Shown: positions 47,751 to 61,800 of the stretch, in pieces | Layout of the letters: each line of letters opens with the position of its first letter | Numbering within the stretch: the first letter of the stretch is position 1 | Assembly (NCBI GenBank): GCA_965219385.1 | Contig: CBDCNM010000001.1 | Span: 1,228,631 to 1,292,630, forward strand | Reading direction: 5' to 3' | DNA: 64,000 nucleotides | From: Candidatus Latescibacterota bacterium | GTDB taxonomy: Bacteria; Latescibacterota; UBA2968; UBA8231 | Made by a program: the position numbers and the translations under genes | The notes under the pieces: generated by a model | What the model saw: only the letters and a program-made list of their open reading frames with translations | Told to the model about the DNA's origin: nothing | Databases searched by the model: none

Positions 47751-48575
47751 CTAGACCTCCAGATCTTCGAGCTTGATGGTCTTCTTCCACCCTTCGTAGT
47801 CGGCATTCATCTCATCGGACCACCCCCGGTCCACCTCTCCGGGAGTGTACCTGCCCTCGCGAATCCGCATCTTGCCGAAGTAATCCCGCATGCGGACATT
47901 TTCGGAACTCTCCACCACCTCCTGCGCCAGGTGCGGCGGCACGAAGATGACCCCCGTGGGCGTGCCCAGGACCACATCCCCGGGCAGCACCGTGGCCTCG
48001 CCAATGCGGATCGGACCATTGATCTCGGTCATGGTCACCTCGCCGATACCGGTGGGATGAAGCCCGCGCGCAAAGACGTTCATGTCCAGATCGTAGACCC
48101 GCTGGAAATCCCGAATGCTGCCGTCCACTACCAGCCCGGTGCCGCCGGTCCGGGTGGCTATGGCCGTGCCCAGGTTGTCGCCGATAAAGGTTCCCTTGAC
48201 GATTTTGCCGAACAACTCCACCACCAGGACATCGCCCTCCACCAGGGTGTCGATGACCCAGGAGTTCTGGCCGCCGACGCGGCCATGGCTTTTGCCTTCC
48301 TCCTCGACCACCTCGTTGAGGTCGGGCCGGTGCGGCACGTAGCGACAGGTCACGGCGCGCCCAACCAGGATGCGCTCGGGGTGAATATTCAGCCAGTTGC
48401 CGTCGAACTGGAGGTGAAATCCATGCCCTCCCAGCACCCCCCAGGCCTCTTCGGTTGTCACCTTCTTCATGCGCTCCAGGATATCATCCGGTACCCGCGG
48501 GCGGCCGTCTTCGAATCGCTCATAAGGATTCTGCGAGGTGAGTTCGACGATCTTTTCTTGCGAGATGAGTTCCAT
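47751..48575 (-). CDS. RraA-family / HMG aldolase-like protein
   Basis: VGRAVT, GDVLVV, IGDNL, VVDGSIRD, VLPGDVVLG..GVIFVP. Confidence 0.85.
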   Translation of the reverse strand: MELISQEKIVELTSQNPYERFEDGRPRVPDDILERMKKVTTEEAWGVLGGHGFHLQFDGNWLNIHPERILVGRAVTCRYVPHRPDLNEVVEEEGKSHGRVGGQNSWVIDTLVEGDVLVVELFGKIVKGTFIGDNLGTAIATRTGGTGLVVDGSIRDFQRVYDLDMNVFARGLHPTGIGEVTMTEINGPIRIGEATVLPGDVVLGTPTGVIFVPPHLAQEVVESSENVRMRDYFGKMRIREGRYTPGEVDRGWSDEMNADYEGWKKTIKLEDLEV

Positions 48576-48731
48576 AGTCCGAGCCTCTCTGGATGGGGTA
48601 TAAAAAAGCCACGGAACCGCCATGCGACCCGTGGCAATATTGAAAAAACCGTCTTGCTCGTCAAGGGTTTTGGCCCTCACAATTTGACCTTGTCAGGCCA
48701 AACCATATCGATTTATTGGTTTTACGGCTTC

Positions 48732-49175
48732 TTAGAAAGGAAGATCGTCCCCTCCCTCCTGGATGCCGGCGGCGACCGGGACCGCGGCCTGCTCCTCCTT
48801 GGCACCGGCATAGGCCATATCCAGTTCAGCCGGCCCGCCGCTCCCGTCGAGCATCTCCAGGTTGTTCACCACCACTTCGGTTACATAGTGCCTCTGTCCC
48901 TTTTGATCGTCCCAGTTGCGGGTTTGCAGCTTCCCTTCCACATAGATCTTGCTGCCCTTCTTCAGGTACTGGCCGGCGATCTCGGCCAATTTGCGCCACA
49001 GCACCAGGCGGTGCCACTCGGTGCGCTCGGTGCGCTCCCCGCTCTTATCGTTCCAGCTTTCGCTGGTAGCCAGATTGGCGCTGGCCACCTGTACCCCACT
49101 GGGGGTGAATCTGATCTCGGGATCGGCCCCGAGATTGCCGATGAGGACGACCTTGTTGACACAACCGCGCGACAT
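48732..49175 (-). CDS. ssb: Single-stranded DNA-binding protein
   Basis: [32 protein letters not shown]-terminal DDLPF. Confidence 0.97.
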   Translation of the reverse strand: MSRGCVNKVVLIGNLGADPEIRFTPSGVQVASANLATSESWNDKSGERTERTEWHRLVLWRKLAEIAGQYLKKGSKIYVEGKLQTRNWDDQKGQRHYVTEVVVNNLEMLDGSGGPAELDMAYAGAKEEQAAVPVAAGIQEGGDDLPF

Positions 49176-49223
49176 AACTTTTGCTCCTTTCCGCAATGAA
49201 GTGATTTTTTTCCGAGCGAACTT

Positions 49224-49427
49224 TTACTCCCCGGGTTCGCGATCTTCTCGCCGCCCCAAAATATCCTGGTGCCGGCGAGTCTTTCGGGCCTTGGGGGTCT
49301 CGACGCCGTAGCGGCGGCAAAGCCGGCCGAAACTACCCGGGGCAATCCCCAGGGCCAGCCCGGCGTCCTGGTTGTTGGCGTAGATCCTGGCTGCGCGTTC
49401 GATGCGGTTCCGCTCGATCTTGGGCAT
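49224..49427 (-). CDS. Small basic HTH-like protein
   Basis: AGGAGGAG RBS. IERAARIY..NQDAGLALGIAPGSFGRLCRRYGVETP resembles a Fis-type HTH. Confidence 0.6.
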   Translation of the reverse strand: MPKIERNRIERAARIYANNQDAGLALGIAPGSFGRLCRRYGVETPKARKTRRHQDILGRREDREPGE

Positions 49428-49453
49428 GGAATCTCTCCTCCTCTTTTTGATAA

Positions 49454-49576
49454 TCAGGCTAGGTAGTGCAGGAACGGCAGGCTGAGGACAACCATGACCC
49501 CCACGATCAGGTACGCCAACCCGATTGCGGGCCATTCCCGCTTTATTTTTTGCCCTCTGGGCAATGTGTGGTTCAT
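49454..49576 (-). CDS. 40-aa single-transmembrane small protein (below ORF-track cutoff)
   Basis: GGAGG RBS. MNHTLPRGQKIKREWPAIGLAYLIVGVMVVLSLPFLHYLA*. Confidence 0.55.
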   Translation of the reverse strand: MNHTLPRGQKIKREWPAIGLAYLIVGVMVVLSLPFLHYLA

Positions 49577-49613
49577 AATCCAGACCTCCAGTTGGTGGTT
49601 TATCCGCGGAATC

Positions 49614-49645
49614 TACCAGGTTAATCGCTATTTATTAATCTGGTA
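49614..49645. promoter_or_regulatory. Dyad/hairpin near the transcript start of the ssb operon
   Basis: TACCAGGTTAAT-N8-ATTAATCTGGTA, 11/12 complementary. Confidence 0.45.
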
Positions 49646-49653
49646 ATATAGAC

Positions 49654-49682
49654 AATATACTAAACATATGTTCACTTGTCAA
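49654..49682 (-). promoter_or_regulatory. Sigma70 promoter with a LexA-like box in the spacer
   Basis: Minus strand TTGACA-AGTGAACATATGTTTAG-TATATT (17-nt spacer) containing GAAC-ATAT-GTTT. Confidence 0.75.
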
Positions 49683-49939
49683 GAAAAAAAAGGGCCTGAA
49701 GATCTTTTAATTCACCCCTGGCAAAAAGCAGCTCTTCAGGCCCTTTTAATAATCAACACAAGTTATTTATTTATAGAATTTTATCACATGTCAACCTCGG
49801 CCTGGAGCAGCCCTCCCGGCCAAGCTCAATCCGCACGCAGGGAAGAGGTCGGACCACGGAATCCCTACAATTCGCGCTTCCACCAGGTGCCCTGCTTGCA
49901 ATGCTCGGCCCAATCGTCCAGGCGCGGCTAGAGAAAATT

Positions 49940-51934
49940 TTAACCCGCCTGTTTTTGCCGCAGACGGGTTATTTCGTCGCGCAGCTGGGCGGCTTTTTCA
50001 AACTCCAGCCGGACGGCGGCTTTCTTCATCTGTTCTTCCAGGTCCTCCAGCACATCTTCCAGATCTTCCCCCCCCTCGTAGGACACCTCGGGTTCGGCCA
50101 CGGTCTCTGCTTCCCCGCCCCGGATACTCTCGAGCACGGAAGTAGCCTGCAGGATCTCTTCGCGGGTGCGGTAGATGGTCTGGGGCACGATGCCGTGTTC
50201 TTGGTTGTAGGCCTCCTGCAGGCTCCTGCGGCGATTGGTCTCGTCAATGGCCCGCTGCATGGAATTGGTCGTGCGGTCGGCATAGAAAATCACCAGCCCG
50301 GCCGCGTGGCGTGCGGCCCGGCCGATGGTCTGTATCAGGGCTTGTTCCGAGCGCAGAAAGCCTTCTTTATCCGCATCCAGGATGGCCACCAGAGAGACCT
50401 CCGGCAAATCCAGTCCTTCGCGCAGCAGATTGATACCCACGAGAACATCGAATTCCCCCAGGCGCAGATCGCGCAGAATGCTCACCCGCTCCAAAGTCTC
50501 GATGTCCGAGTGCAGGTAGCGCACCCGAATGCCCATCTGCTCCAGGTAGTCGGTCAGGTTCTCCGCCATCTTCTTGGTCAGCGTGGTAACCAGGACCCGC
50601 TCCTGTTTTTCGGCGCGCTGCTGGATCTCCTCCATCAGATCGTCGATCTGGCCCTTGAGGGACCGCACCGCGATCCGCGGATCCACCAGACCGGTCGGCC
50701 GGATGACCTGCTCGACCAGCACGCCACCGGATTTTTCCAGTTCATAAGCCCCCGGGGTAGCCGAAACAAAGACCGTCGAGCCCATGTGGTCTTCGAATTC
50801 CTCGAAGAACAGGGGCCGATTGTCATAGGCGGAAGGCAGGCGGAAGCCGTGTTCGACCAGCATATCCTTGCGCGACCGGTCCCCTTTCCACATCCCCCGC
50901 ACCTGGGGCACAGTGACGTGGGATTCGTCGATGAAGAGCAGGTAGTCCTCCGGGAAGTAGTCCAGCAGGACGTAGGGCGGTGCCCCGGGCCGGCGACCAT
51001 CCATGTAGCGGGTATAGTTTTCAATCCCCGGACAATAGCCTATTTCGCGGATCATCTCCACATCGTACTTGGTGCGCATTTCCAGGCGGTGGGCCTCGAC
51101 CAGTTTGTCCTGGCTGCGCAGTTCGAGCAGGTGCTCCTCCAACTCGACCAGAATCCCCTCGCAGGCCGCCTCTACCTTCTCCTCGTCGGTCACGTAGGCC
51201 TTGGCCGGGTACAGAGTGGTCTGTTCCCGGTCTTCCAGGACATCCCCGGTCAGCGCGTCCACCAGGGCCAGGGTTTCGACCCCATCGCCGAACAGTTCTA
51301 TCCGCACCGCCCGGTTCTCGGAAGCCGGCACCACCTCGATGATGTCCCCGCGCACCCTGAAACTGCCGCGCTGCAACTCGAAATCGTTGCGGGTGTAGTA
51401 GATGTCGATCAGCTTGCGGAGGATATCATCGCGCTCGATGCACTGGCCTTTTTGCAGCTGGAGGGTTTGCTCGCGGTACTCCTGGGGCGATCCAATGCCG
51501 TAGATACAGGAGACCGTGGCCACTATCAGAACGTCCTGACGCTCCAGCAGAGCACTTATAGCTTTGAGCCTGAGCCGGTCGATCTCCTCGTTGAGTTCGA
51601 CCTCTTTTTCTATGTAGGTATCGGTACTGGGTTTGTAGGCTTCGGGCTGGTAGTAGTCGTAGTAGCTGACAAAGTACTCCACGGCATTGTTGGGGAAATA
51701 CCCCCGGAACTCGCCGTAGAGCTGGGCGGCCAGGGTTTTATTGTGAGAAATGACCAGGGCCGGACGCTGCAATTGCTCTATCATACAAGCCATGGTGAAG
51801 GTCTTGCCGCTACCCGTAACCCCCAGCAGGGTCTGGTGCTGCTGACCAAACCCCACTCCAGCCACCAGTTCTTCAATGGCCCGGGGTTGATCCCCCTGAG
51901 GCTGGTACTCCGATACGAGTTCGAAACGATCCAT
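49940..51934 (-). CDS. uvrB: Excinuclease ABC subunit B
   Basis: [51 protein letters not shown]-terminal UVR domain. Confidence 0.98.
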   Translation of the reverse strand: MDRFELVSEYQPQGDQPRAIEELVAGVGFGQQHQTLLGVTGSGKTFTMACMIEQLQRPALVISHNKTLAAQLYGEFRGYFPNNAVEYFVSYYDYYQPEAYKPSTDTYIEKEVELNEEIDRLRLKAISALLERQDVLIVATVSCIYGIGSPQEYREQTLQLQKGQCIERDDILRKLIDIYYTRNDFELQRGSFRVRGDIIEVVPASENRAVRIELFGDGVETLALVDALTGDVLEDREQTTLYPAKAYVTDEEKVEAACEGILVELEEHLLELRSQDKLVEAHRLEMRTKYDVEMIREIGYCPGIENYTRYMDGRRPGAPPYVLLDYFPEDYLLFIDESHVTVPQVRGMWKGDRSRKDMLVEHGFRLPSAYDNRPLFFEEFEDHMGSTVFVSATPGAYELEKSGGVLVEQVIRPTGLVDPRIAVRSLKGQIDDLMEEIQQRAEKQERVLVTTLTKKMAENLTDYLEQMGIRVRYLHSDIETLERVSILRDLRLGEFDVLVGINLLREGLDLPEVSLVAILDADKEGFLRSEQALIQTIGRAARHAAGLVIFYADRTTNSMQRAIDETNRRRSLQEAYNQEHGIVPQTIYRTREEILQATSVLESIRGGEAETVAEPEVSYEGGEDLEDVLEDLEEQMKKAAVRLEFEKAAQLRDEITRLRQKQAG

Positions 51935-52142
51935 GGCCGGTCTACCTCCTGGTTAGAGCAAATCTACCGGAGCGCTGCAACCTTGTCAACAACAACCCGA
52001 ACCGGACCATTTCAGAACCCTTATAACTGCCATTATGGCATTAATTATGGTTCTATTTGACAGGTATTGCTTTCTAAATTTTTCTTTCAATATTTTATAT
52101 AAATTTATATTTTACAATTATATAAAGACAAAGAATAGCTCC

Positions 52143-52158
52143 TGGCACGCAGCTTGCT
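52143..52158 (+). promoter_or_regulatory. Sigma54 (-24/-12) promoter motif upstream of dnaK
   Basis: TGGCACGCAGCTTGCT matches TGGCACG-N4-TTGCW. Confidence 0.7.
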
Positions 52159-52217
52159 TAAATTTAACCGATTCGAATATTATCACTGTGGAAATACACA
52201 CCGAAAGGAATGCAGTC

Positions 52218-54134
<1,917 letters not shown>

Positions 54135-54145
54135 AAAGAACACCT

Positions 54146-54182
54146 AAACAGGGCCGGTGCCTGCTTCACCGGCCCTGTTTTT
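54146..54182. terminator. Bidirectional intrinsic terminator
   Basis: AAACAGGGCCGGTG...CACCGGCCCTGTTTTT. Confidence 0.85.
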
Positions 54183-55218
54183 AATTCTGTTCGGGCCGCA
54201 AGAGCAACTTGACCCCTTCCTGTTTCTCCGCCACCTCAAACGCCCGGTCCCACTCTTCTAGTGGGAACTGGTGGGATATCAGCTTTTCGCTGGGGATCAA
54301 ACCCGCTTCCATCAGCTTGAGGGCCCGTTTCCACACCGGCCGGCGCTGGGCAATCCCGCCGCTCACCTGGAGTTCCTTGTAGGCAATCTGTTCAAAGTCG
54401 ATCTCAACCGGTTCGCCCGGCAAACCCATCTGTGAGTACTTGCCGCGCTTGCGCACCAGTTCCAGAGCCAGACGCAGGGCCGGCGCCACCCCCGCACACT
54501 CCACCACAACGTCTGCCCCGTACCCCCCGGTCAATTCCCTTACCCGTTCCACCGCATCCTGCTCGTCGATATCAATTGTATAGTGCACGCCCAGATCCGC
54601 CGCCAGCTGTAGACGAGCCTTATCGCGACCCGTACCGCAGAGCACAACCGTGCCCCCTTCGGCCAGAGCAACCAGGCAGGCGAAAAGCCCCACGGGTCCC
54701 GGACCGGTGACGGCCACAAAATCTCCGGCCGCAACCCCGGCCTGCTCTGTGACCGAGTGCACACAGCACGCCAGCAACTCGGTGAGCGCTCCCCCCTCAA
54801 AGCTCACATTGTCCGGTAGTTTGTGAACCAGAGTAGCATTGCAATAGGGTGCAAAGCTGCCGTGGTGCCAATAGCCCATGACCTGGCGCTGCGGACAAAG
54901 ATTGTAATACTCGCTCAGACAGTAAGGGCACTTGCCACAGAAATAGATACTCGGCTCCCCCGTCACCCGATCGCCCACGGCAATCTCGTCCCCTAACTCG
55001 GCCCCCTTCTCGACCACCACTCCACTGAACTCGTGGCCTATCACCACCGGCGTCTTGATCTTGTAATTGATGGTGTCGTGGTAGAGATGCAGGTCCGAAC
55101 CACAGATACCGGTGGCTTTGACCTCGATTTTTACCTGATCTGGACCAGGGGGTTGTTCCACGACCTCACGCAGTTCCACAAACCCATGCCCCCGGGCGTA
55201 TTTGACCACTCCTTTCAC
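54181..55218 (-). CDS. Zn-dependent alcohol/sugar-alcohol dehydrogenase (MDR family)
   Basis: GICGSDLH, GHEFSG, CGKCPYC...C, GPGPVG. Confidence 0.92.
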   Translation of the reverse strand: MKGVVKYARGHGFVELREVVEQPPGPDQVKIEVKATGICGSDLHLYHDTINYKIKTPVVIGHEFSGVVVEKGAELGDEIAVGDRVTGEPSIYFCGKCPYCLSEYYNLCPQRQVMGYWHHGSFAPYCNATLVHKLPDNVSFEGGALTELLACCVHSVTEQAGVAAGDFVAVTGPGPVGLFACLVALAEGGTVVLCGTGRDKARLQLAADLGVHYTIDIDEQDAVERVRELTGGYGADVVVECAGVAPALRLALELVRKRGKYSQMGLPGEPVEIDFEQIAYKELQVSGGIAQRRPVWKRALKLMEAGLIPSEKLISHQFPLEEWDRAFEVAEKQEGVKLLLRPEQN

Positions 55219-55275
55219 GTATTTTCCTCCCTGGCTAATCGGTGGTGGATCTACCTTTTCACCCCCACTGAATAC

Positions 55276-55442
55276 TCAGTACTTCGCGGAATCGGCGAGC
55301 GGCCGTGCAGGGCTTGTGCTTCTGGCGTTTTATGATGCCCAAGGCGCTCTTGCTCCGCTCCACCCCCCATAAAACGCCGCCGGCAACATCCCCTCCCGGC
55401 CTTGAAGTCCAAATAGGTACGGGTATTTCGTTAAGTTAATGA
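55276..55442. mobile_element. MITE-like intergenic repeat, copy 2 (inverted relative to copy 1)
   Basis: Starts TCAGTACTTCGCGGAA; the other end is decayed (TTTCGTTAAGTTAATGA). Flanked by TAC on both sides. Confidence 0.72.
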
Positions 55443-55452
55443 TACTCAACCC

Positions 55453-55481
55453 TTGATAAGTGAACACAAGTTCAGTATATT
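55453..55481 (+). promoter_or_regulatory. Sigma70 promoter with a LexA-like box in the spacer, upstream of addBA
   Basis: TTGATA-AGTGAACACAAGTTCAG-TATATT (17-nt spacer) containing a perfect GAAC-N4-GTTC at 55462-55473. Confidence 0.78.
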
Positions 55482-55561
55482 GAGTAAGCCTCACCCCTCA
55501 TAATATGATGAAGTTGAAGTAAAGAGACAAACTCCCCGGCGCCTCACAAGCCACAGCTCAG

Positions 55562-58500
55562 ATGCCCGAACTTTCGCTGCTTTACGGACCGGCCCATCCC
55601 GACAAGATCCAGCCTCTCTTGCAAACCTGCCTGGAACGGATTCGCCAACGCCAAGGGGATTCTTTCCTTTTCCTGGTCCCCACCCGGGGACAAGCCGAGC
55701 AGCTCCAACAGAACCTCCTCTGCAAAAGTGACGCCGATTTATTCCTCAAGCCCTATATCCTGGGGCTGGAAGACTTCATTCGGACCCTCTACCACGCCTG
55801 CCCTGGCCGCCTTGCTCTCTTGCCCGAGGTCGGCCAGCAGCTCCTGATCGAAGACACCCTGCGCCACAACTCCCGCTTCTTTAATTATTTTTCCTCCACC
55901 CAACGCGAGCCCTTCAGTGGCCTCTCCCTAGCCCTGGCCCGCTTTGTCCGGGACCTGAAAACAGCCGGCATTACTCCGGACGATTTGGCCGCCTGCCGCG
56001 CGGACCTTCCCGGATTGGCCGGCGACAAAGGTGAGGAACTGGTCCAGATCTACCGCCACTTTCAGCAAGGTCTGGGCAAGGACTTTACCGATCTTTCCGG
56101 CATGTTGCACAGCATCGCCACTCATCTCGATGAAGAACGCTTTAGGGCCTGCTTCCCCCGGATTGATTTGTTTCTTATCTCTGGCTTTGATGCCTTCGCC
56201 CCCCCTCTCCTCCGGGTCCTGGTCCAGCTCCTGGACTTCATACCCGAATCCTGCATCGCCCTGGACTATGTCCCCGAACGGCCGCGGTTGTTTGGTCCCG
56301 CACGCGACACCTTTGCATGGCTGCGGAAAAGAGCGACCCAAAAAACAATCTCCACTGCTACTTCTCCCAACGCCCCTCTGGCAGCACTTGAAAGCCATCT
56401 CTTCACTTCCCCTGCACCTCCTCAAAAAGCTTGTATGGAGATAGTCCCTTGCGCCGACCGCCTGACCGAAATAAAAAAAATCGCCCGTCGTATCAGATAC
56501 CTGTGGAACGCGGGCCCCCTCGAACTTGCGCGCGTTCGGGTGGCGTGTCGCCACATCGACCTCTACGCCCCGCTCATCCAGGAGGTCTTTCCTCGTTATG
56601 GCCTTCGGTTTCACCTGGCTCAAGGCTATCCTCTGCCGCGTTCCCCCGTAGTGGTTTCGATCCTGGCCGTCCTCGACGTGGTGCTGGAACGCTATTCCCG
56701 CCCCGCCCTGCTGCGCCTACTCAAGCTGCCTTATATCGAATTTAAGTACAAAATGGAAGGCCGCGACCAGACCCTGTCGGCCGCGGTTGTGGACACCTGG
56801 ACGCGAACCCTCCCGCCTACTTCGGGCCGGGTAGAGTGGCTGCAGGCCATCGACCTGAGATGTGCCCAGCTCGAACGGGAACTGGCCAACATACGCCGGG
56901 GCGATCTATTCTCCGACGAACTCGACGATCCCGACAAATGGGTGGAACAAGGGCGCGAGGAACGCCACAAGCTTCAGGCGCTGCGTCGGGGTTTGGAAGA
57001 CCTCTTCACCGCCCTGGTGCCCATGGAACAACGCCTTGACCTGGCCCGCCTTCCGCCGACACCTGCACCATGTCCTGGGGCGCCTGGGTTTGTTCGGCCG
57101 CCTGGTCTCTGCTGCCAGCGACCCCGCGCAACAGGAGCGCATCGGTCCGGCCATAAGCGCCTTCAAACGCTTCTCGCGCCTCCTCGACGAACTGGCCACC
57201 CTGGCCCCCCTCCTCAAACAACAACGCTTTGGCGTCCGGGAAATAGCCGACATCCTCAAAACTTCCCTCTCTCAGGTCCATTACCATTTCCCGGGCAAAT
57301 CCGAGCAGGGCATCCAGATCACCACCCTGGAGGAGAGCCGCAGCCCCTCCTGCGACCATCTCTTTGTGGTCGGTCTGCTGGAGGGCGAGTTTCCCTTATC
57401 TCCCGCCCCGGATATCTTTCTGGACGACAGTGACCGCCGCACCTTGGGGCTCCAGAGTGCCGATGCCGGCCTTGCTGCCGAACGCCTGTTGTTCTACCAG
57501 ATCCTGGCCCAGGCACGGAGAGAAATTCAACTGCTCTACCCCCGCGGCGAAGGAACCACCACCCTCTCCCCCTCGCCCTTTGTAGACGAGGTGCAGGTCC
57601 TCTTGAGCTCTGGGGAAAAACCACAACCCCACGCGGATATCCTCACCCTGGCAGACCTGCACCGCTTCCTGGGTCGCTCCCTGAGTCGCAAACCCTCTAT
57701 CCCCGAAGCCACCCAGGCCCTTCAGCTTGTCCGGCTCTGCGGGAACGTCCCCCTGCTGTCGGCTCCGGTGCACCACCTGCGCGGCATGGCCATCGCCGAC
57801 CAGCGCGCCCAGGCCCAGCAACTGGGCCCCTACGAAGGCCTTCTCGACCATCCCGCCGCTCTCGACTCCCTGGAGCGCCGCTTTGGCCGGGGCCACGCCT
57901 TTTCCATCACCCAGCTGGAAAGCTATGCCCGCTGTCCCTTCTTTTTCTTTGCCGACCGCATCCTCGGGGCCGTCCCCCTCCGCGATCCCGGAGAGGATCT
58001 TGCGGCCCTGGAACGCGGCAATCTGATTCACCGCATCCTCTACGCTTTCTACCGCGAGCGCCGCCGCAACGGCCAGGTCGAAAGAGTGCGCCCCGAGAAC
58101 CTGCCCCAAGCCCTCCAGCGCCTGCGCCAGATCGCCCGCAGCGCAGCCGAAGACCTGGGTTTGAAGGATTTTTTCTGGGAAATGGAACTGGAGCGCATCC
58201 TCGGACCGGAGGACAAAAATAAGGGGGCAGGACTCCTGCCCCGCTTCCTCGAGCTGGAGGCTCGGGAGCTGGACGCGACAGCGCCGAGTCTTTTCGAACT
58301 CAGCTTTGGCGCCTACCCCGGCATGGGCGAGCGCGACCCGCTTTCCACCCAGGAACCCTATACCCTGGAGGATGCCCGGACCGGAGAGCAGGTGCACATC
58401 CTGGGCAAAATCGACCGCATCGATCGCACTCCGGAAGGCCAGTTCGTGGTCCTCGACTACAAAACCGGCCAGGCCCCCGGCGGTCTGGCCGATATGCGCG

Positions 58501-58887
58501 ACGGCCTCAGCCTGCAGCTACCCGTCTACCTCCTGGCGGTCGAACAACTCCTGCATTCGGCCGGCCTCGAAGAAGGTGTAGCCGGCGCCTACTACGAGTT
58601 GCGCGACCACGAGCGCTGCGGCAAGACCGGACTCTTTGCCAACAAGGCCCATAAAGGCCAGGTCTACCAGACCAGGAGCCAGGCAGTGGAACGCGAAGAG
58701 TTCCGCCGCGCCCTGGAACAGGCCCGTTCCTTTGCCCTCCACTACGTGCGCTCCATGCGGCAGGGTCGCTTCCACGTCACGCTCCACCCGCCCGAGAAGA
58801 CCTGCACCCACTGTGCCTACCGGCGGGGCCTGCCGCCTCGACCCCCGGCGCATGCGCGCCCTAAAGCGCGAGGGCAAGCTCTCGTGA
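55562..58887 (+). CDS. addB: AddB-like helicase-nuclease subunit; two apparent +1 frameshifts (~57043 and ~58827)
   Basis: FLVPT, ISGFDAF, VGLLEGEFP, SITQLESYARCPF, GKIDRID...VLDYKTG, LQLPVY, CTHCAYRRAC (Fe-S cysteines) after frame correction. Confidence 0.82.
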
Positions 58888-61800
58888 GGCGCGGATTCGA
58901 TCTTACCCCGGCCCAACTCAAGGCCCTCGACAACCAGCGCAATATCGCGGTCACGGCCAGCGCCGGTTCGGGCAAGACCGCCACCTTGGTGGAACGCTAC
59001 ATCGCACTCCTTCTAACCAATCCCCAGACCCGCGTGCCCCAGATCCTGGCCATCACCTTCACCCAGAAGGCCGCCAGCGAAATGCGCCAGCGGATCGCGG
59101 AAAACCTGCAGCGGGCCCTGACGTCGGAAAAAGATGGGAAAACTCGACGCCGGCTTGAGGCAGTGTACGAAGGCCTGTCCGGGGCCCGCATCTCCACCAT
59201 CCACGCCTTTTGCGCCGCCCTTTTACGCCAGTACCCGGTAGAGGCCCAGGTCGATCCCCACTTTGCCGTGCTCGAAGAGGTGGAAGCCACCCGCCTGCGG
59301 GACGCGGCGGTGGGCGAAACCCTGGAAGTCATCGCCCGGCGCGATCCGAGCGATCCGACCCGGTTGGCCCTGCGTCGCCTGTTGCAGGACTGGGATAGAC
59401 GCTACCTGGAAGGGGCGCTCCGCGCCCTGATCCTCAAGAAACGCCTGGCCCTGCGATGGACCCGTCACTACCAGTCCCTGAGGCCCGAAGAGATCTTCGC
59501 CTCCTGGGAAACTCGTGCCCAGGAACTCCTCGCCCCCCTCTGGAAAACCCTGCGCGAAGAAGGAAAATTCCTCTCCCTGCTGCACGAACTAGCCTCCCTA
59601 ACTCCCCTGCGCAACGGCGCAAAAGACACCGCCGAGCAACTCCTGGCGCCGGTGCGGGAAGACATTAAAACCTTATTGGAGAATCCCGGCTTGCCCAATG
59701 CCCGGAAAATCCTGCCCCGGCTCGCCGACGCCCTGACCACCTCGAAGGGCGAACCCTTCAAGGGCAATAAAGGCAGTAAAGCCAACTGGACCCCCGCCGA
59801 CCTGGCTCGTTTCCGCCAGGCCCTGAGCGCCACCGGCGCCCTGCTCGCGCCCCATTATCTCGCATTCTCCCGTGCTCCCGGGGCCAGGAATCTGCGCGCT
59901 GCTGAATTGCTCCAGGCTCTCTCCCGGGTCTTTATCGAGGTCTGCAGCCGCTACGAACGCAAAAAAGGCCAGGGGAGCACGCCTCGACTTCGACGATCTC
60001 CAGGAGCGCTGTCTGCACCTCATGGCGGCTGAGGGCCCTGTTGTCCGGCAGTTGGCGCAGCACTACCGCTACGTCATGGTGGACGAGTTCCAGGACACCG
60101 ACCCTTTGCAGTGGGCCCTGATCCGTCCCCTGATTTCCCGCGCCGGCGCCCTGGAACGCGACAAGCTTTTCATCGTCGGCGACCCCAAGCAATCCATCTA
60201 TTCCTTCCGCGATGCCGACGTGACGGTTTTCGAAGATGTAAAGCAGGCTATTGTCCAGGGCAACAACCAGCATCAAAGCCCGAACCTGCCCTTCCGCGAC
60301 GACGGAGAGGGGGAAGTCGAAAGCCTCCCCGAGGAACGCGGCGGGGCCCTGATCATGGCCGAAAACTTCCGCACCCTGAGGGTGCCGGTAGCCTTTGTCA
60401 ACCTGCTCTTCGAGCAAATCATCCATCCGGTTGCGGGCGAGCCCTTCCAGGTGGGCTACGACCCGCTGATTTGCCGTCGCCCCCATCCCACCAGCCAGGG
60501 TTCGGTCGAACTCCTGCTGGCCCGTCCCCGAGAAGAAGAGGAAGAGCAGGATACCCTGCAGCGCGAGGCCGAGCTGATGGCCCGCAGGATCCGCCAGATA
60601 CTCGACCAGGGCGCCCTGCCCATAGCCGACGAAGGCGAGGCCCAACGGCCGGCCAGACCTGAAGATATCGCCATCCTCTTGCGCCGCCGGCGCTTTCTAC
60701 CCCTCTACGAACAGGCCCTGCGCTCCCTGCACATCCCTTTTGAGGTCGTGGGCGGTCTGGGGTTTTACCAGCGCCAGGAAGTCTACGACCTGGCCAATAT
60801 CCTCCACATTCTCGACAACCCTTTTGACAATGTAGCCCTTCTGGGGGCCCTGCGTTCCCCTTATTTAGGGCTTTCGGACAATGCTCTTTTCGCTCTTTCC
60901 CAAGTCGAAGGCAGCCGGCTGGTGGAAAAGCTGGAAAACCTCCTGGAGCAGGACGGATCCCTGTCTTCGATGGACCGGGCCGCAGTCCGCGACGCCGTCG
61001 CTCTCCTGCAACGCTGGAGCGGGCTGGTGGACCGGGTAGCTTTGACCGATCTGCTCCACACCATCCTGGAGGACACCGGAGCCTGGGGCTTCCTCGGCTT
61101 TGGGGAACGCGGCGAGCAAACCATTGCCAATGTCGAGAAGATCCTCGCCCTTGCCCGCAACTTCGAGGCCCCGGGCTTTTCCGCCCTGGCGGATTTTGTC
61201 GCCCATCTCGACCTACTGATCGAGCAGGAGGAGGAGGGCGAAGCGCAAATGCCCCAGGACCAGGGCCATGCCGTGCGGATCCTGACCGTACATGCCTCCA
61301 AGGGCCTGGAATTCCCCGTGGTCTTCGTACCCGACTTGGACGGCCCCTTCAACCTCAGCTCCGCCGACCCGCTACTCCTGGACGGGGAAAACGGCATCGG
61401 CATACTGGTCCAGGACCCGGAAAACGACTTTCGCCGCAAACCCTCGTTCGTGCGCGCCACGATCGGCGCGACCTATCAGCGCAAGATCCTGGCAGAGGAG
61501 AAGCGTCTGTTCTACGTGGCTGCGACCCGCGCCCGCGACCACCTGATCCTCTGTGGCCGCCTGCGGGAAAACCACCTGGCCCTGGAAGCGTCCTTCGAAA
61601 CCGTCAAGGACCGTCTTAGCTGGGTGTGTCTGGGACTCGGTCTTTGCCTGGAAGATTTGGCGCGAGGCGAAAAGTTCTTCAGCCACAATGGCCAGGACTT
61701 TGTCGTGCGGCTGCTGACCGACCTGGCGCAAATCCCCGTGGACCATCCCCCTTCCACTACCGGAGAAAGCACCTACTTCGAGGCCCGAGCTTATCTCGAG

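Noticed and set aside
51935..52030. SOS box upstream of uvrB
   Set aside because: A TTGACA-N17-TAGATT promoter candidate exists on the minus strand, but I found no GAAC-N4-GTTC dyad.
49901..52060. 719-aa plus-strand ORF (and similar long ORFs opposite thrS, dnaK and acetolactate synthase)
   Set aside because: Antisense shadows of conserved genes.
56862..60032. 1056-aa ORF looking like a novel nuclease-helicase fusion
   Set aside because: Chimera of the addB C-terminal half and the addA N-terminus produced by frameshifts. Correcting them restores addB (ending 58887) and addA (starting 58884) with a GTGA overlap.
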